From Picochlorum sp. SENEW3 (taxonomy: Eukaryota): 64,000 bases of DNA. The position numbers and the translations under genes were made by a program. This document shows, piece by piece, positions 50,353 through 62,800 of this stretch (its first letter is position 1; every line of letters starts with the position of its first letter). Below the pieces are notes generated by a model. It saw only the letters and a list, made by a program, of their open reading frames with translations. It was not told the origin of the DNA and ran no database searches. The stretch spans positions 1-64,000 of the forward strand of contig CP120458.1 of the NCBI GenBank assembly GCA_034226945.1. The letters run 5' to 3'.

Positions 50353-51772
50353 ACACTCCCGAGAGAGAGAGGAAGAAGCCCGACCTCATCCCATTGTCCC
50401 TGCTGTATAAATGGACCATTTGGCACCTTCCATAGTTTCTTTGGATACATAGAAGACTTGGTAGTAGCACCGCAGATGTGACCCTAAACAGAAAACAATG
50501 CACTCAGCCACCTTCTTGCACACAACGCATCATGTGGCCTCGGTGATCCCACACCCTTGCCACTCACCGGCAGTGCATAGTAGTATTGGTTGTTGGTATT
50601 GGATGATTGGACAAATATAACAATATTAAGGGCCATTTACATCAGCGCCGCGTCGAATGGACCTCACGAACCGAATGGTCCACTCCGATCGCGTCGCGAC
50701 GGTTGGGACGAAGACGCCCAGAATCGTTCCTTTGTGGGCATAGGGGAGCGTCATTGTTGGTTTAAAAATATATATAAGCCAAAAGAGCGAATGGACGACC
50801 ACCGTGGAGCACAACAGGGGTCCAACAACAACCGTTCCACGGGAATGTCATGACAACACTCGCAACGGTGCCAACAGGCCACGACCTCCTTTTCTCAGGT
50901 TTCCCACCCTCTAGTATCTTATATTTATATATCTTCCAAGAAACTCCTGCGCTCCCTCCAATCAAACTCACACGGGTTGCTTTGCCCAGAGCTTGTTGCG
51001 AATTCTGTTGTGAACTTTGGGGGGTGAATGCGACGCGAACTCGCCTACTGCTGCTGGCAAGGGATGATGGGAAATCTCTTTACACTGCTAGTTCCTTCTC
51101 ATCAAGTCCATATGAATGCCTAAACTCGGCAGGCCACGGGTGAAAGCTCTCAAACTTCGAGTCTGAGGCAACTGCTTGTGCTTTGACTCCTGGCCCATTA
51201 CAAAAACATGCGGTGACCAAGGTTGGTGGTCGCCACCCAAATGCCCGATCTGACACCTCGCACGGTTTCTGTGGATACATGAAAGACTCAACAGTGCCAC
51301 GGACCCGGCGAAACAGAGCTCAGCCGACCAGCAGCGCGTGATTCGTGACTCAATTGGGACATGCGGTGACCAAGGTTGGTCATCGCCGCCCAAATGCCCG
51401 ATCTGGCAGTTCGCACGGTTTCTGTGGGCACATTAAAGACTCAACAGCGCCACGGACCCGGCGAAACAGAGCTCAGCCGACCAGCAGCGCGTGATTCGTG
51501 ACTCAATTGGGACATGCGGTGATCAAGGTTGGTCATCGCCGCCCAAATGCCCGATCTGGCAGTTCGCACGGTTTCTGTGGGCACATTAAAGACTCAACAG
51601 CGCCACGGACCCGGCGAAACAGAGCTCAGTCGACCAGCAGCGCGTGATTTCTAATCCCAATTATCCCTTATCCCTTTTTAGCCAGTCCTGGTGTCCGGTC
51701 AGAGGCGTGCCTGGACCGGACGCAACAGTCGACTAATTTTTCAAGGGGAGCCACCGGGCAGAAACCCAGTAG

Positions 51773-54537
51773 CTGTGGAGCATCACATTAACTTGGTCCC
51801 TGGAACAAAAGCCAAGGTGCAACCGTTGAGGAGGATGTCTCCTACGTTGCTGGGAGAGCTTCGTAAGCAGTTGCAACAGTTCCTGGACAAGAGGATTATT
51901 GAACCATCCACGTCGCCTTTTGGTTCCAATGTGTTGTTCGTAAAGAAGAAGAATGGTGATCTGCGCATGTGTGTGGATTACAGGATGCTCAATCAGCAGA
52001 CAGTCAAGGACAGTTATCCCTTGCCAAACATTGATGAGTTGTTGGATCAACTGTCTGGAGCCAAGTACTTCACAGCACTGGATCTCAATTCGGGGTATCA
52101 CCAAATTCCTGTAGCAAAGAAAGACAGACACAAAACAGCTTTCAGAACGAGATATGGCTCATATCAGTTTCGAGTGATGCCATTTGGATTGACCAACGCT
52201 CCGGCAACGTTTCAAGCCTGGATGAATAAGCTGCTCAAGCCACATATGGATGCCTTTGTGGTGGTGTTTCTGGATGATATTCTCATCTTTAGCAAGACCA
52301 AGGAGGAGCATAAGGAGCATCTTCGGACTGTTTTGAAGTGTCTAAAGAAAAACAAAGTATATTTGAATATGAAGAAGTGCGAGTTCTTTCGACAGAACAT
52401 CAAGTTTCTAGGATTTGTGGTGACATCTGAGGGCATCAAGCCTGACCAGAGACTCGTGCAAAAGATAGCTACGTTTCCAAGACCTGCCAACAAGAGGCAG
52501 ATTAGATCCTTTTTGGGAGCTGTGGGATTTTACAGAAGGTTCATTAAAGATTTTGCCAAGATTGCCCTGCCTTTGACAGCATTGACAAAGCAGGAGGTGC
52601 CTTTTGTATGGACCCAGGAGGCTCAGCAAGCGTACGAAATTCTCAGGAACGCTTTGACGACGTATCCAGTCTTGAGATTGGTGGATATGTCCAAGCCATT
52701 TCATGTGTTCACAGATGCTTCGGAGTATGCCGTGGGAGGAGTTCTCACACAGCTGGTGGATGGCATGTATCATCCTCTTGGATATTATTCGAAGAAGCTG
52801 GAAGGAGCCGAGCTCAGATATTCTGTGTATGACAAGGAATTTCTTGCTATGAAACTCACAGTGTGGCGTTTCAGGTGTTACTTGCTGGGGCAGCCAAAGA
52901 ATGTGGTTTTTACTGATCACAGGCCCTTGACTCATTTGCCCACTCAAAAGGATCTGAATGGTGTGCAAATTAGATGGCTGAACAAGCTGGCTGATTTTAA
53001 TCTAGATATTCAGTACATTGAGGGAAAGAAGAATTGTATTGCTGATTTGCTCAGCAGACCTCCAGAAGTGGTATTGAACTCTGTGGCCGTGGGCTTGCAG
53101 CTGGATAAAGCTCTGCTAAACAGATTGAGGCAGTTGTACAGGACAGACAAGTTTATTGGGTCGATTCGAAAGTGCTGGAAGCAACAAGTTCCAGTACCCT
53201 CCATTCTGAATCACATCAACATGGATGCTGTGACTGAGCACAATGGATTGCTGTATTATGGCCCATCACCTCAGCACCCAAAACGGTTGATCATTCCAGA
53301 CAATGCTTCGTTCAAGACTGAGTTGTTGATGCTGCACCATGACAGCATGTTCAGTGGTCATCCTGGAAGGGACAAGATGTGCAAGGATCTGGCCAGGTAC
53401 TACTTTTGGCCTCGAATGCAAGATGATGTGGCCAAGTATGTCAAGGAGTGTCCTGTCTGCCAGAGCGTCAAGAGCCTGAATCAACCTGCTGCTGGATTGT
53501 TACAGCCATTGCCTGTTCCTGCCAAGCCTTGGGACCAGGTTACAATTGATTTCATCACAGATTTGCCATTGACTGCCAGAAAGAATTCTCAGATTGTAGT
53601 GATGGTGGACAAGTTCACCAAATGTCTCACCGTTGCACCAGCACCTGCGTCGTTGGATGCCAAAGGTACTGCTTCCATCTTTTTGCAGTATGTGTATCGT
53701 TTGCATGGCATGCCGTCGAGCATTGTGTCAGACAGAGATCCAAAGTTTACGAGTCAGTTCTGGATGGAACTCATGAGCCAGCTGGGTTGCCAGAAGTTGC
53801 AATCCACTGCCTATCATCCACAGACGGATGGGCAGACTGAAAGAGTGAATCGAGTGCTGGAAGATATGATTCGGTGCTACTGTGATGAATACACGAATAC
53901 GTGGGATGAATTGTTATGGCCGCTGGAGTTTGCTTACAATGATTCGTATCAGCAATCCACCAAGTTTACTCCATTTTATTTGAATTATGGTCGTCATCCC
54001 AGGAAGCCCCATACCATTGCTTTAGGTCTGGAAGACACTGAGAAGACTACAGCGAGCTCTGAATATTTGGATGTGTTATTTCGTTGTCATCAGGCTGCAA
54101 CCCACAACATGAGGGTGGCACAACAGAGACAAGCCCAGTATGCCAACAAATCCAGAAGAGTGGCTGTCTACAAGGAAGGAGATCGAGTGCTGCTGTCCAC
54201 TCATAAATTGAAATGGGAAGGAAAGCAATTCAAAAAGCTACAACCTCGCTGGATTGGACCATTCACAGTTGTGAGGGTGATTCCCAACAATGCTGTTGAA
54301 TTGAATTCCAAACAACAAGGCTATGCTTTCCACCCAGTCGTCAATGTGGATCGAGTGAAGCATTATCATTCTAGAATGAATATTGATGCAATGAATCATC
54401 AATTGGAAAGAGAATGGGATGATTCTACAGCAGAAAACACACAGGAATTTCCTCAAAAGGACAAGGTTCATACTTCCGACGACACCACTATGAATTCAGA
54501 TGATGATGATTTGATCATTCCTTTGGATGATGAATAG
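51773..54537 (+). CDS. Pol (RT-RNase H-integrase), uninterrupted but lacking gag and protease
   Basis: ORF 51691-54537; its first ~27 codons come from the unit X end. Confidence 0.9.
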
Positions 54538-54975
54538 CCTGCTCTTAGCAGGGAGGAGACAAGATATTTTATCTTGCATTGTTTCATCATGGAGGAATAC
54601 TCTGTTCCAAATGAGGACATTTGGTTTGTTTTTAGCAGGGAGGAATTGTAGCAGAGAGCTATGTCCCTGTGGGAGGAGATCTCTTGTCAACATCTAGGGA
54701 GATGAGATCCCTAGGAGAGATCTGGTCATCATGGTCAATTTCATATACTGAGAAGATGTATTCTCATGTAACAACTTCTAATTCAAACTATCTTGTGAAG
54801 GAAGAGAGAACCCTCTGTACATTGGTTGGTATTCTACTCCATCCTCTTCTATCGAACCTCGCTGCGTGTGAAGGTTGAACGCTCTGTGTTGGCAACGACA
54901 CGAGAGTGTATTGGCAGTACGTTGTGTAACCTGTGAAGGAAATCCAGGCCACGACTGGCAATGTACGCTGCCACA
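51773..54975 (+). mobile_element. 5'-truncated second copy of the Ty3/gypsy element
   Basis: Highly similar to 11364-14567; PPT and 3' LTR at 54647-54975. Confidence 0.96.
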
Positions 54976-57030
54976 CAGCCTGCCTATAAAGTCCTGGATA
55001 ATGTACAGAGGCTGGGGTCATGTGAGACATATCCCCGGGGTTTTTAAGTCGTGATCATCTTGAAGAACGCGGTAGACTGGGATTTCAAAATTATAGTGAC
55101 AAAGTGGACGCATTCGATGGCCTGGGTAGGATTGATCAGACATTGGGTGCCTGGGTGCGTCATTCCCCCAGAATGGGGTTACACAGTTGAATTTCGAGTG
55201 GTCGACTTACTAAAGTAAACCCCGGGGGCGTTGATGTAATATCATACATATAAACATCGACAGAATATGAGACAGTGAGGCTAGCAGCATCCTCCAAAGC
55301 TGCAGGACTGAGGAAGTATTATTATGGTTTTGTGGGCGAGCGCAGCGAGCCTTATTATGCATGTATCGCATATAGATACATTCTGCCAGCCAGCACTAGG
55401 CATCGGTCTATAACAGATCCGTCCTTTTTTCTTTATGCTGCTCCTTAATTCCATCTTTGCTCCTTCATTCTACCCATGGGTGAATGCCAGAGGCGATGAT
55501 GCTTTTGCCCGAGTGCAGCGAGGCCTATAGTTCTATATCTATTTGATCGCGATACCTTCAGGTTAGCGATAGTTATGCCGAGCGCAGCGATGCCATTTTA
55601 GTTTTTCCATGCATGGGAGCAGGCCATGTTTGTGTTCTTTCATGGCAGCCGTGTCCATGGCATTGTTGGAGTTTGTCAAATAATCTGCGCAAAACCAGTG
55701 CTGAGGGTTAGTACCCGTTGTGTGCACGGGTCGTTCCACCGGAATGCGATGAGACAGTGGAATTTCGAAGGGTCAACTTACTTAATCAAGCATCGATCTC
55801 CGACGGGATAGGAGGCAGTGAAGTTGACAGCATCCTCCAAAGGTGCATGGCTGAGGAAGTATTATTCTGTTTTTTTGTGGGCGAGCGCAGCGAGCATTAT
55901 ATATATATATTGCATATACACATTCTGCTACCAACCATTAGGCACTTCCTTACTTCATGCTGCTCCTTCCATTTATCCATGGCTGATGGCAGAAACTACA
56001 ATTCTTTTGGCCGAGCACAGCGAGCTATATTGGCCTATATTCTCCACATATTTGATCGCAATGCCTTCAGGCGAGCGATAGTGATGGCGGGCGCAGCGAT
56101 GCCATTCATTTTTTGTTTCACTCATACTGCAGCAATGTTTGTGTCCTTCCATGCCAGTGGTTCGAGAGCAAAGCAATGTCAGCTGTTTTCCTCGAAGACA
56201 GTGTCTGCATGGTCATGCAGTATCACCAAACCCACCTCGGACGCGCTGGGAGGATGGTGCCCGGTCATGCCAGGAACTTTGAACGAGATTCCTTACCAGT
56301 TTGCAACTGTGTGCTTCCGGAGGCCCTCCACAGGCACTCAACAGCAACATCCAGGTGGCCGATGGGTGAGGAAGGATCCCGCCCGTGCCGAACGCAGTGA
56401 GGCCCCGGTTTAAGGGATCCTGACGAGGCCGGAGGACACAACCTCTTCCTTAAACTGACAGGGAAGACATCGTCACCAGCTTTGTCTGCCACACTCTGGA
56501 ACACGTCCCTCCTTTATTTGTTTCTCCATTCCATGTACTGCAGTCTTAGTCCTTTACAGCAAACGCGGTCTTTATCCGGTTTGGCGAGCGACGCGAGCCC
56601 TGTATCCTGTTTGCTTCATTTTGACGTGTGTTGGAGAGCGTTAGGCCTGCGAACTGGCTGGCGAAGAGGGAGATGCCAGGTTTTTCCAGCTGCCCAAATG
56701 CCAGGGAGCCTGGCATGTCTCTCTCTGGTTATGTGACACTGGTTACATTGAGTTGGCCGAGCGGAGCGAGGCCTATTTGTTATTGCGAGGCCGCCAGGCC
56801 TGCGATTGGGCTGGAGAGCGAAGCGATACCAGCCTTCTTTTATGATCTTCGGCGGCACACTGTCATCATGTCTATGTATAAACGTTAACGTTCCATCTAA
56901 CCGACACAGCCGCGCAGCGACAGAGGGAGCCCTTCGGGCGACCGACCTGACAGGCGAGCGAAGCGATGCCTGCAAAAGACCCATGGCCTTGGGCCATGTA
57001 GTTTGGCATCTGCCAAACGGGTCAAACTAG
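54976..57030 (+). mobile_element. Putative non-autonomous Helitron-like element (3' end defined, 5' end not)
   Basis: Hairpin GTTTGGCA-TC-TGCCAAAC (57001-57018), then CTAG (57027-57030) followed by T. About 12 GAGCG(C/A/G)AGCGA-type motifs and a ~540-bp-period duplication upstream. Confidence 0.6.
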
Positions 57031-57324
57031 TATTATTTATAATGATGTAATTGAAGGTTTTGGAGGCCGTAATGGTTGTGTCCACTCGACATGGGGGTGT
57101 GCGGGGACCTTGTCAGAAAGATGCCCTGTTCAAAAGACGTCTGAGACAGTGCGAGAGGTGCGTTTCGGGGCGTTTTCGCCCGTTGGTATCGAACTTAAAA
57201 CTCTTATGGAGTATTTTTAGCTGCTATATGGTCAGTGAGATGGCGGCATCAGGCGGAACGAGTGCCCCAATTCTCAAACCTGGTGCTTTGACCCAGTTTT
57301 ACCTAGCCTTTCTACCCATTCTGC

Positions 57325-57770
57325 AGTGAGGCTGAGGCCATCCATGGGCACATGATGAAAATATCAGACCATATGCGTGATATGGCTTGCGACTATGGGG
57401 CAACCTGCGCTTTGGTGGCGTGGTTGGGGCCTCAGAGGAGCATCTATGTCTCCAGAACAGGCAACATTGGCTACTCAGCTGCCCCCGAAATCTGGGCATC
57501 TGTGCAGCAAACCTTCATGAATTTGCTTCACAAGTCCAAAGGTATAGTACTCACGTGCCCACAATCATATCCCAAGAGTTGCAAAGTGACTCCCAGACAC
57601 ACCCCTCGCTATCTGGTCGGTCGTCGCGAGAATGGCAAATCTGGGAGATGGCATTTGAGATATTATATACACAAGCCTGCTGAAAGTGAGAGACCCGGCG
57701 GAAGACGTCTCACGCGACCAGAAAAGTGACCCCAAGCCAAAAGTTGAGGTTCTGAACAACCCTTTACCAT
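57325..57770 (+). pseudogene. N-terminal fragment of a fourth KDZ-type transposase
   Basis: ISDHMRDMACDYGATCALVAWLGPQRSIYVSRTGNI aligns with ICDHIGDLVGSFGATSAFMAWIGPDLSLHMVRTGNI (copy 2) and ICDHIETLILRYGALYGLVVWLG (copy 3). Confidence 0.8.
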
Positions 57771-57920
57771 TTGGGCCGAAAAAGGTGCCCATCGATTCCT
57801 TAATCATTGGTGTCTTACAGCCATTTCTATTTTTTTCGATCCATCTCGTCTGAAGTCCGACCCGTATACGAGAACCAAGGAATCAAGTAAAAGCGGCCTA
57901 ATTCAGAATTAAGATTGATT

Positions 57921-59255
57921 TCATGATAGTTCCCTCATGTTGACAGCCAGAGTCTCTCTCTGGACATGGTTTAATGCCTTCTTTAGAAGCTCATTGAATT
58001 TGTCTTTGATTGAATCCCACTCCTTTGAACAGACATTAAATGCGCAGTACAAATGGTTTTTTCTTATCTCCTCCCATCCTCCTTGATCCCCATACAATGC
58101 TACGAAAGTAATCCCTCGCCTCTGATTGTGCTCCACACCTGTAGAACAGAAAGCATTCAAATATGCATCCATTTTCACGGCAAAAGTCCTCTTATTAGTA
58201 TCCCAAACATGATTATAGAGTTTTGCATCAAAGATGGATATGTAGCTTCCTTGAACAATTGCATTTGTTGTATTTTTGTAAATGAGAATATCTGGGATCA
58301 AGCCATATTCTTCGTGGACCAGAGTGTGACTGATCGGCCGGTTCTCAACGCCATAGGAATGTAGGTGTAGACCATTAATTATCCTATGTTTGAGATACGT
58401 TTCAAATAGGTGGGGGCCCCACACGATGAATTCTGTCTCAGACAAAAATTTTCCAGCGCCCAACCAGTGACTTTTGGGTTTGATAAATGCTTTGATCTTT
58501 CCTAGCAGTTCTTTCTCGCGATCATTAGAGCAAAGTTTTGCTTTATCAATCAAACCGACTATTGATGCTTTGTTTAAATCTGTAATGCATGATATACCGA
58601 CTTTTTGCATTGCGTTCAAAATCTTCATGATACCCTCACTGATGGGGCTGAGTTTCCTTTTCACATCTTCATTGTCGTAATACTGCTCCTTTTCAACATC
58701 TTTAGCAGACTTTTCCACGAACTTCACGAATGCGTATATTGCAACCCAAAATTCGGTGCGATAGGTATAAAGCATTCTCATCTGAAGGTAGCTTTCACCA
58801 TAAATACAGTAAGGAGTGACTGGAACACCAACTGGATGTTTTGCTGCTGTGATGGCTGCCTCGCATTGTTCAGGAGGCGTATTGCAAAGAAGATTTTCAA
58901 CAGACTCGTAAATGAGATCCCAATCTTCTTTTCTGCACACTGATATATCAAACTCAATCTCGAATTTGAGTCGCAGACCTGTCACCCATTCACCAACAAC
59001 ACTCGGCTTTATCTTATCGGAATACACACTGCCGGACAAAGGTTGCAATTCTCTTTTTACATTGTACAACTGCCCCAACCATTTATGCTTCTTTTCCAAA
59101 CTTTTACTGTTTTGAATATCTGCTTCCTCGCCATCTTCAGCGCCTTCAGCATTGCCGTTTGGAGCGTTTCGATATGTTGGCTTACGATAGCGCTCTGCGT
59201 GTATTTGGAATCTGTGCTTTTGAAACACATCCATTCTTCGCCTCAGTTCACCCAC
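57921..59255 (-). CDS. PD-(D/E)xK nuclease-like protein resembling McrC/LlaJI restriction subunits (first ATG at 59234)
   Basis: Intact 444-codon ORF with LFETYL...LIPDILI...IFDAKLY...KMDAY. Confidence 0.65.
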   Translation of the reverse strand: MGELRRRMDVFQKHRFQIHAERYRKPTYRNAPNGNAEGAEDGEEADIQNSKSLEKKHKWLGQLYNVKRELQPLSGSVYSDKIKPSVVGEWVTGLRLKFEIEFDISVCRKEDWDLIYESVENLLCNTPPEQCEAAITAAKHPVGVPVTPYCIYGESYLQMRMLYTYRTEFWVAIYAFVKFVEKSAKDVEKEQYYDNEDVKRKLSPISEGIMKILNAMQKVGISCITDLNKASIVGLIDKAKLCSNDREKELLGKIKAFIKPKSHWLGAGKFLSETEFIVWGPHLFETYLKHRIINGLHLHSYGVENRPISHTLVHEEYGLIPDILIYKNTTNAIVQGSYISIFDAKLYNHVWDTNKRTFAVKMDAYLNAFCSTGVEHNQRRGITFVALYGDQGGWEEIRKNHLYCAFNVCSKEWDSIKDKFNELLKKALNHVQRETLAVNMRELS

Positions 59256-59297
59256 AGAAATTCTCGAAATAAGATTTGCTAAGATTTTATCTTACGA

Positions 59298-59410
59298 CTA
59301 GTTCGACCCATTTGGCAAATGCCACCAAAGTACCACTTGCTGCGGCATTCCCGCTTATAAGCGGGAATCTACGCAAATGCCAACTCCATGGGTCTTTTGC
59401 AGGCATCGCC
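59298..59410 (-). mobile_element. Second Helitron-like 3' terminus, same family as 56963-57030
   Basis: The minus strand reads gcgatgcctgcaaaagacccatgg ... tggcatttgccaaatgggtcgaaCTAG|T. Confidence 0.55.
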
Positions 59411-59847
59411 CGTAGATGACAGACCATCCGGGCCTCCCAGATAGATCTCGCAGGCCCGGATTTGGACCCTCCAAAATCGGCCATTTTGAGCCCCCAAATG
59501 AGGGCCCTCCCAGCTGCAGCCGCCAAAGCCAAAATCGGCCCAAATGAGGCCCTCCCGGATAGGGAGTTCAAATTTCGAATCGCGGGTAAAATCTCCGTAC
59601 GCTGCAAAGCATTGCGACAGATAAATATTATCGGTGATTGCTATCATAAAATCGTTTTTAAGATTCGCCATGACTGAACATCTATAAGAGACGGGGATCG
59701 AGCGCCCCAGTTCATGGTCAGAGATCTCTATCTTGGGTCTAGACCCAAGATAGGCAACTCAGGGATCTTTGTATCGTTCCCTGGAATGTTCGTGACTCTA
59801 ACAACACTATATTTGAAGTTCTCGGACCAGATCTGCACTCTGAGCTC

Positions 59848-62800
59848 ATGAGTTGCAGAGTGGAAGTGGCAGATATTTTCACCATTTCTATGAAGCCATA
59901 TTACAGACGGTTGCGGCAGGCGCACAAGCACCACAAGCCGATTTCAGCATTCACAAACGACAATTTGCACGTTTATCTGAGGTGGTTCTTGAAGGACAAG
60001 GCGGGGATCGCTGTGCCCAATGGAAACGACTTTGTCTCACTGAGTGAACTACCAGAGTATGTCTTGTGCTCTCATGGATTTGTACCACATGAGAGGTATC
60101 CATACATTGTTGCGCGCCCATCAGCAATAATTTTTCCAAAGGCTGGTATATCAAATGAGGACCGAGTCATCCCGATGGATATTTACGAGCTGAGCGACGG
60201 AGTAGGGCCAGAGGCGCTTCCAAAGCACTGCAAGGATCTCATGATGTTGAGACTGCATCTTATGCAGGTCTCGGAGCTCTTGCAGGTAGACTCGGGCGCT
60301 CCGCCCTGGGGGTTGGTCATGTTTATATCCAAAGACAAGCTCGAGAATGCCGTGGTTTTCGAAGTGACATTAGGTGGCTCGGAGAGAGAAATGCATGAAT
60401 ACCTAGAGGTTCTGTCGGAGCACTACTTGGGTGAAGTACTGGACAAAGTCTCCAAGCCATATTTGGGTGCGCGAGAGCATGGTTTGGATATTGATGCTTG
60501 TGATGAACATCAATTGTGCAACCTGTGCTCTCCGGGCTGCCCAAACGCAACGAAGCTGCGAGATCCATACCAGAATGTTTCAGGATATGGTCCAGGAGTG
60601 AGTCTTGTGTATCTGAAAAATTGTGAGTGGGGGAGGATTGAGCATGTTCGCTATGGCGTTGGGATACAAAAAGAAAATGGAAAATTGGTGGTTCGGTATC
60701 CCTTGGAAGATGGGTGTAAGGTCAGAGACGCCTACGACAGAGCACTTGATTTTGAGAATTTGGTGGACCCATCAGGGCAGCTTGAGCCATTGCCTGCTAA
60801 TAGTACTTTTGTCGATAAAGGGGGAAATATAACACACCTGCCCTCTCACAGTTATATTGTGAAACAATATGCCGTGAGGTGGAAAGAGAATGGTGTATAC
60901 AGAAGGAAGAATGTATATTACACAGATGCAGAACTGAATAATGCATCGTACCTACCACAGTATTCGAGGGCAGTGTATCCTTCTGAGGTGGATCAAGAAG
61001 TCCTCACAATAGGTTTCAATAAAGACGAAAAACAGAATAAAGCAGGGATACAAAATGGCGTGTGGGGCAAGGTGGTAGCAGTGCAGCAGAAAGAGGGAAA
61101 AGTTGTCAAGGTAAAGGTGCTCCTCGAGAATGAGGGACGCCATGCTCACTTTACAGGAAAAACTCTCCAAACTGGCTGGTTGAAAGTCGAAAAATTCCTC
61201 GTTCTCGACGAGGAAAAGTACATGATGCAACATGAGTGCATCCCTGAACAGAGTCAAGACGATTTGTACATATTCGACTTTGCACATGATGTCCCAGAGG
61301 ATCAGTTGCAAAAGGACCTGGCAACTCGACTCGCAGAAATAAAGGCATTATTTGAGATTGCAGAATGCTGCCCCCTCAACCACCGCACAGAGAATCTGAG
61401 GCCTGATCAAATACATGTCGGCCTTGCCAAACAATTTTACAAGGAGCAGAAAGGCATTGTGGCAAGCACCACTGGGACTTCATTGGACCAGTTCAAGACA
61501 GACCTGCTGGAGGAAAGGTTGCACTATTAGAAGTTGCAAAAACCTTGCATTATTTTGAATTTGGAATGCCATCGGGGCAAGCAACGCAGGGTCCTGACCA
61601 CAAAGAGGATTTCAAAAAAAGTCGATTGCGGCTACAAAGTCCGTATTACGTATTACCAAAGCGATCCTGGGCGCATCTATGCTGTGAAATCATGTGGCCA
61701 CACAAATCACGATCCCAGAGTTTTCAGTCTTGGAGAAGCTGTTCCCGATAATCTCCATGCAGCATTGGAAACCTTGTTTAAAGAGAGAGATCACTCACCA
61801 AAGCAGGCATTCATGCATCTTAGCCGATGGGGCAGGGCGCACTTCTCTTTGAACGATGAGGAAATGAGTTGGCTTACTTTGTCAGCTTGTAAGAAGGCAA
61901 GAAGACAATTTCTGAGCAGCGAAAATGCAGCATTGCTTCGAAATGACCGAGAGTCCTGCAGGAAACTGATGGACAACAATGCAGACACGTTCCTGTACCT
62001 AGTGGATGAACCTGGGAACTGGCAGATGGCCTTCATGACTAAAGAACAACGAGAGGTGCTTCGGGTATGCAGCAAAATGATTTTTATTGACGCATGCCAC
62101 TCTCTGAACAAAAAAGGAGACATCACGCTGACCATGATGGTGAGAGATCCATATGGCAATGGATTCCCAGTGGCCTATTGTGTGTGCTCTGGAGGAGAAA
62201 CGGCTGCCAAGTGGAGGGAATTCTTGAAGGCTGTCATTGAGGCTTGTGATCTTGACCCAGACACTATCACATTTATGTTGGACAAGTCTACGGCGTGCAT
62301 TGCAGCATTGAAATCCCTGAAATATCGATATGTTCTCTGCATCTTCCATGTCATGCAAGCTTGGGGCCAACACCTCAGGAGTGCTGACAGCCCTGTGAGA
62401 GAAGACAGTTGTCGCAACGCAGTGCTCAAGTATGTTCGAAAGCTAAGTCTGATGACACTCGATCAGGCATTTGACCGCGAAGAGGCCTCATTCAGGGAGT
62501 TTCTCCAGCGCATTGATAGCAGTGGCAAACTCCTTGCTTACTACAATTAGGAATGGTCACACATTGACGATACCTGGAGCAGACATGGCAGGCGAGATCT
62601 TCGCGACATGAAATCTGATACAAACAACCTTCTCGAGAGGTTTTTCAGGAGCGTGAAGCGCGACTATTTACGTGGAATGAGGGCCAAGAGAAGGGACCTG
62701 CTGATTCAAACGCTGATAAACAAAGCCACTGACTACCACATCGAAGTTCTGAAATCGAAGCTCGCAAATCGGGATGTTTCCCAAAGAGAACTGCTACAGA

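Larger units (their letters stand above)
39232..51772 (+). repeat. Most complete unit X copy, interrupted by KDZ copy 3 and a MULE
   Basis: 39232-40688, 47093-47318 and 50353-51772 join into sequence collinear with the other X copies; includes 3 copies of repeat B (51206-51648). Confidence 0.87.

Noticed and set aside
55718..56413. 231-aa ORF in the Helitron-like region
   Set aside because: It spans a diverged duplication whose other copy is not open, and has no Rep or helicase motifs.
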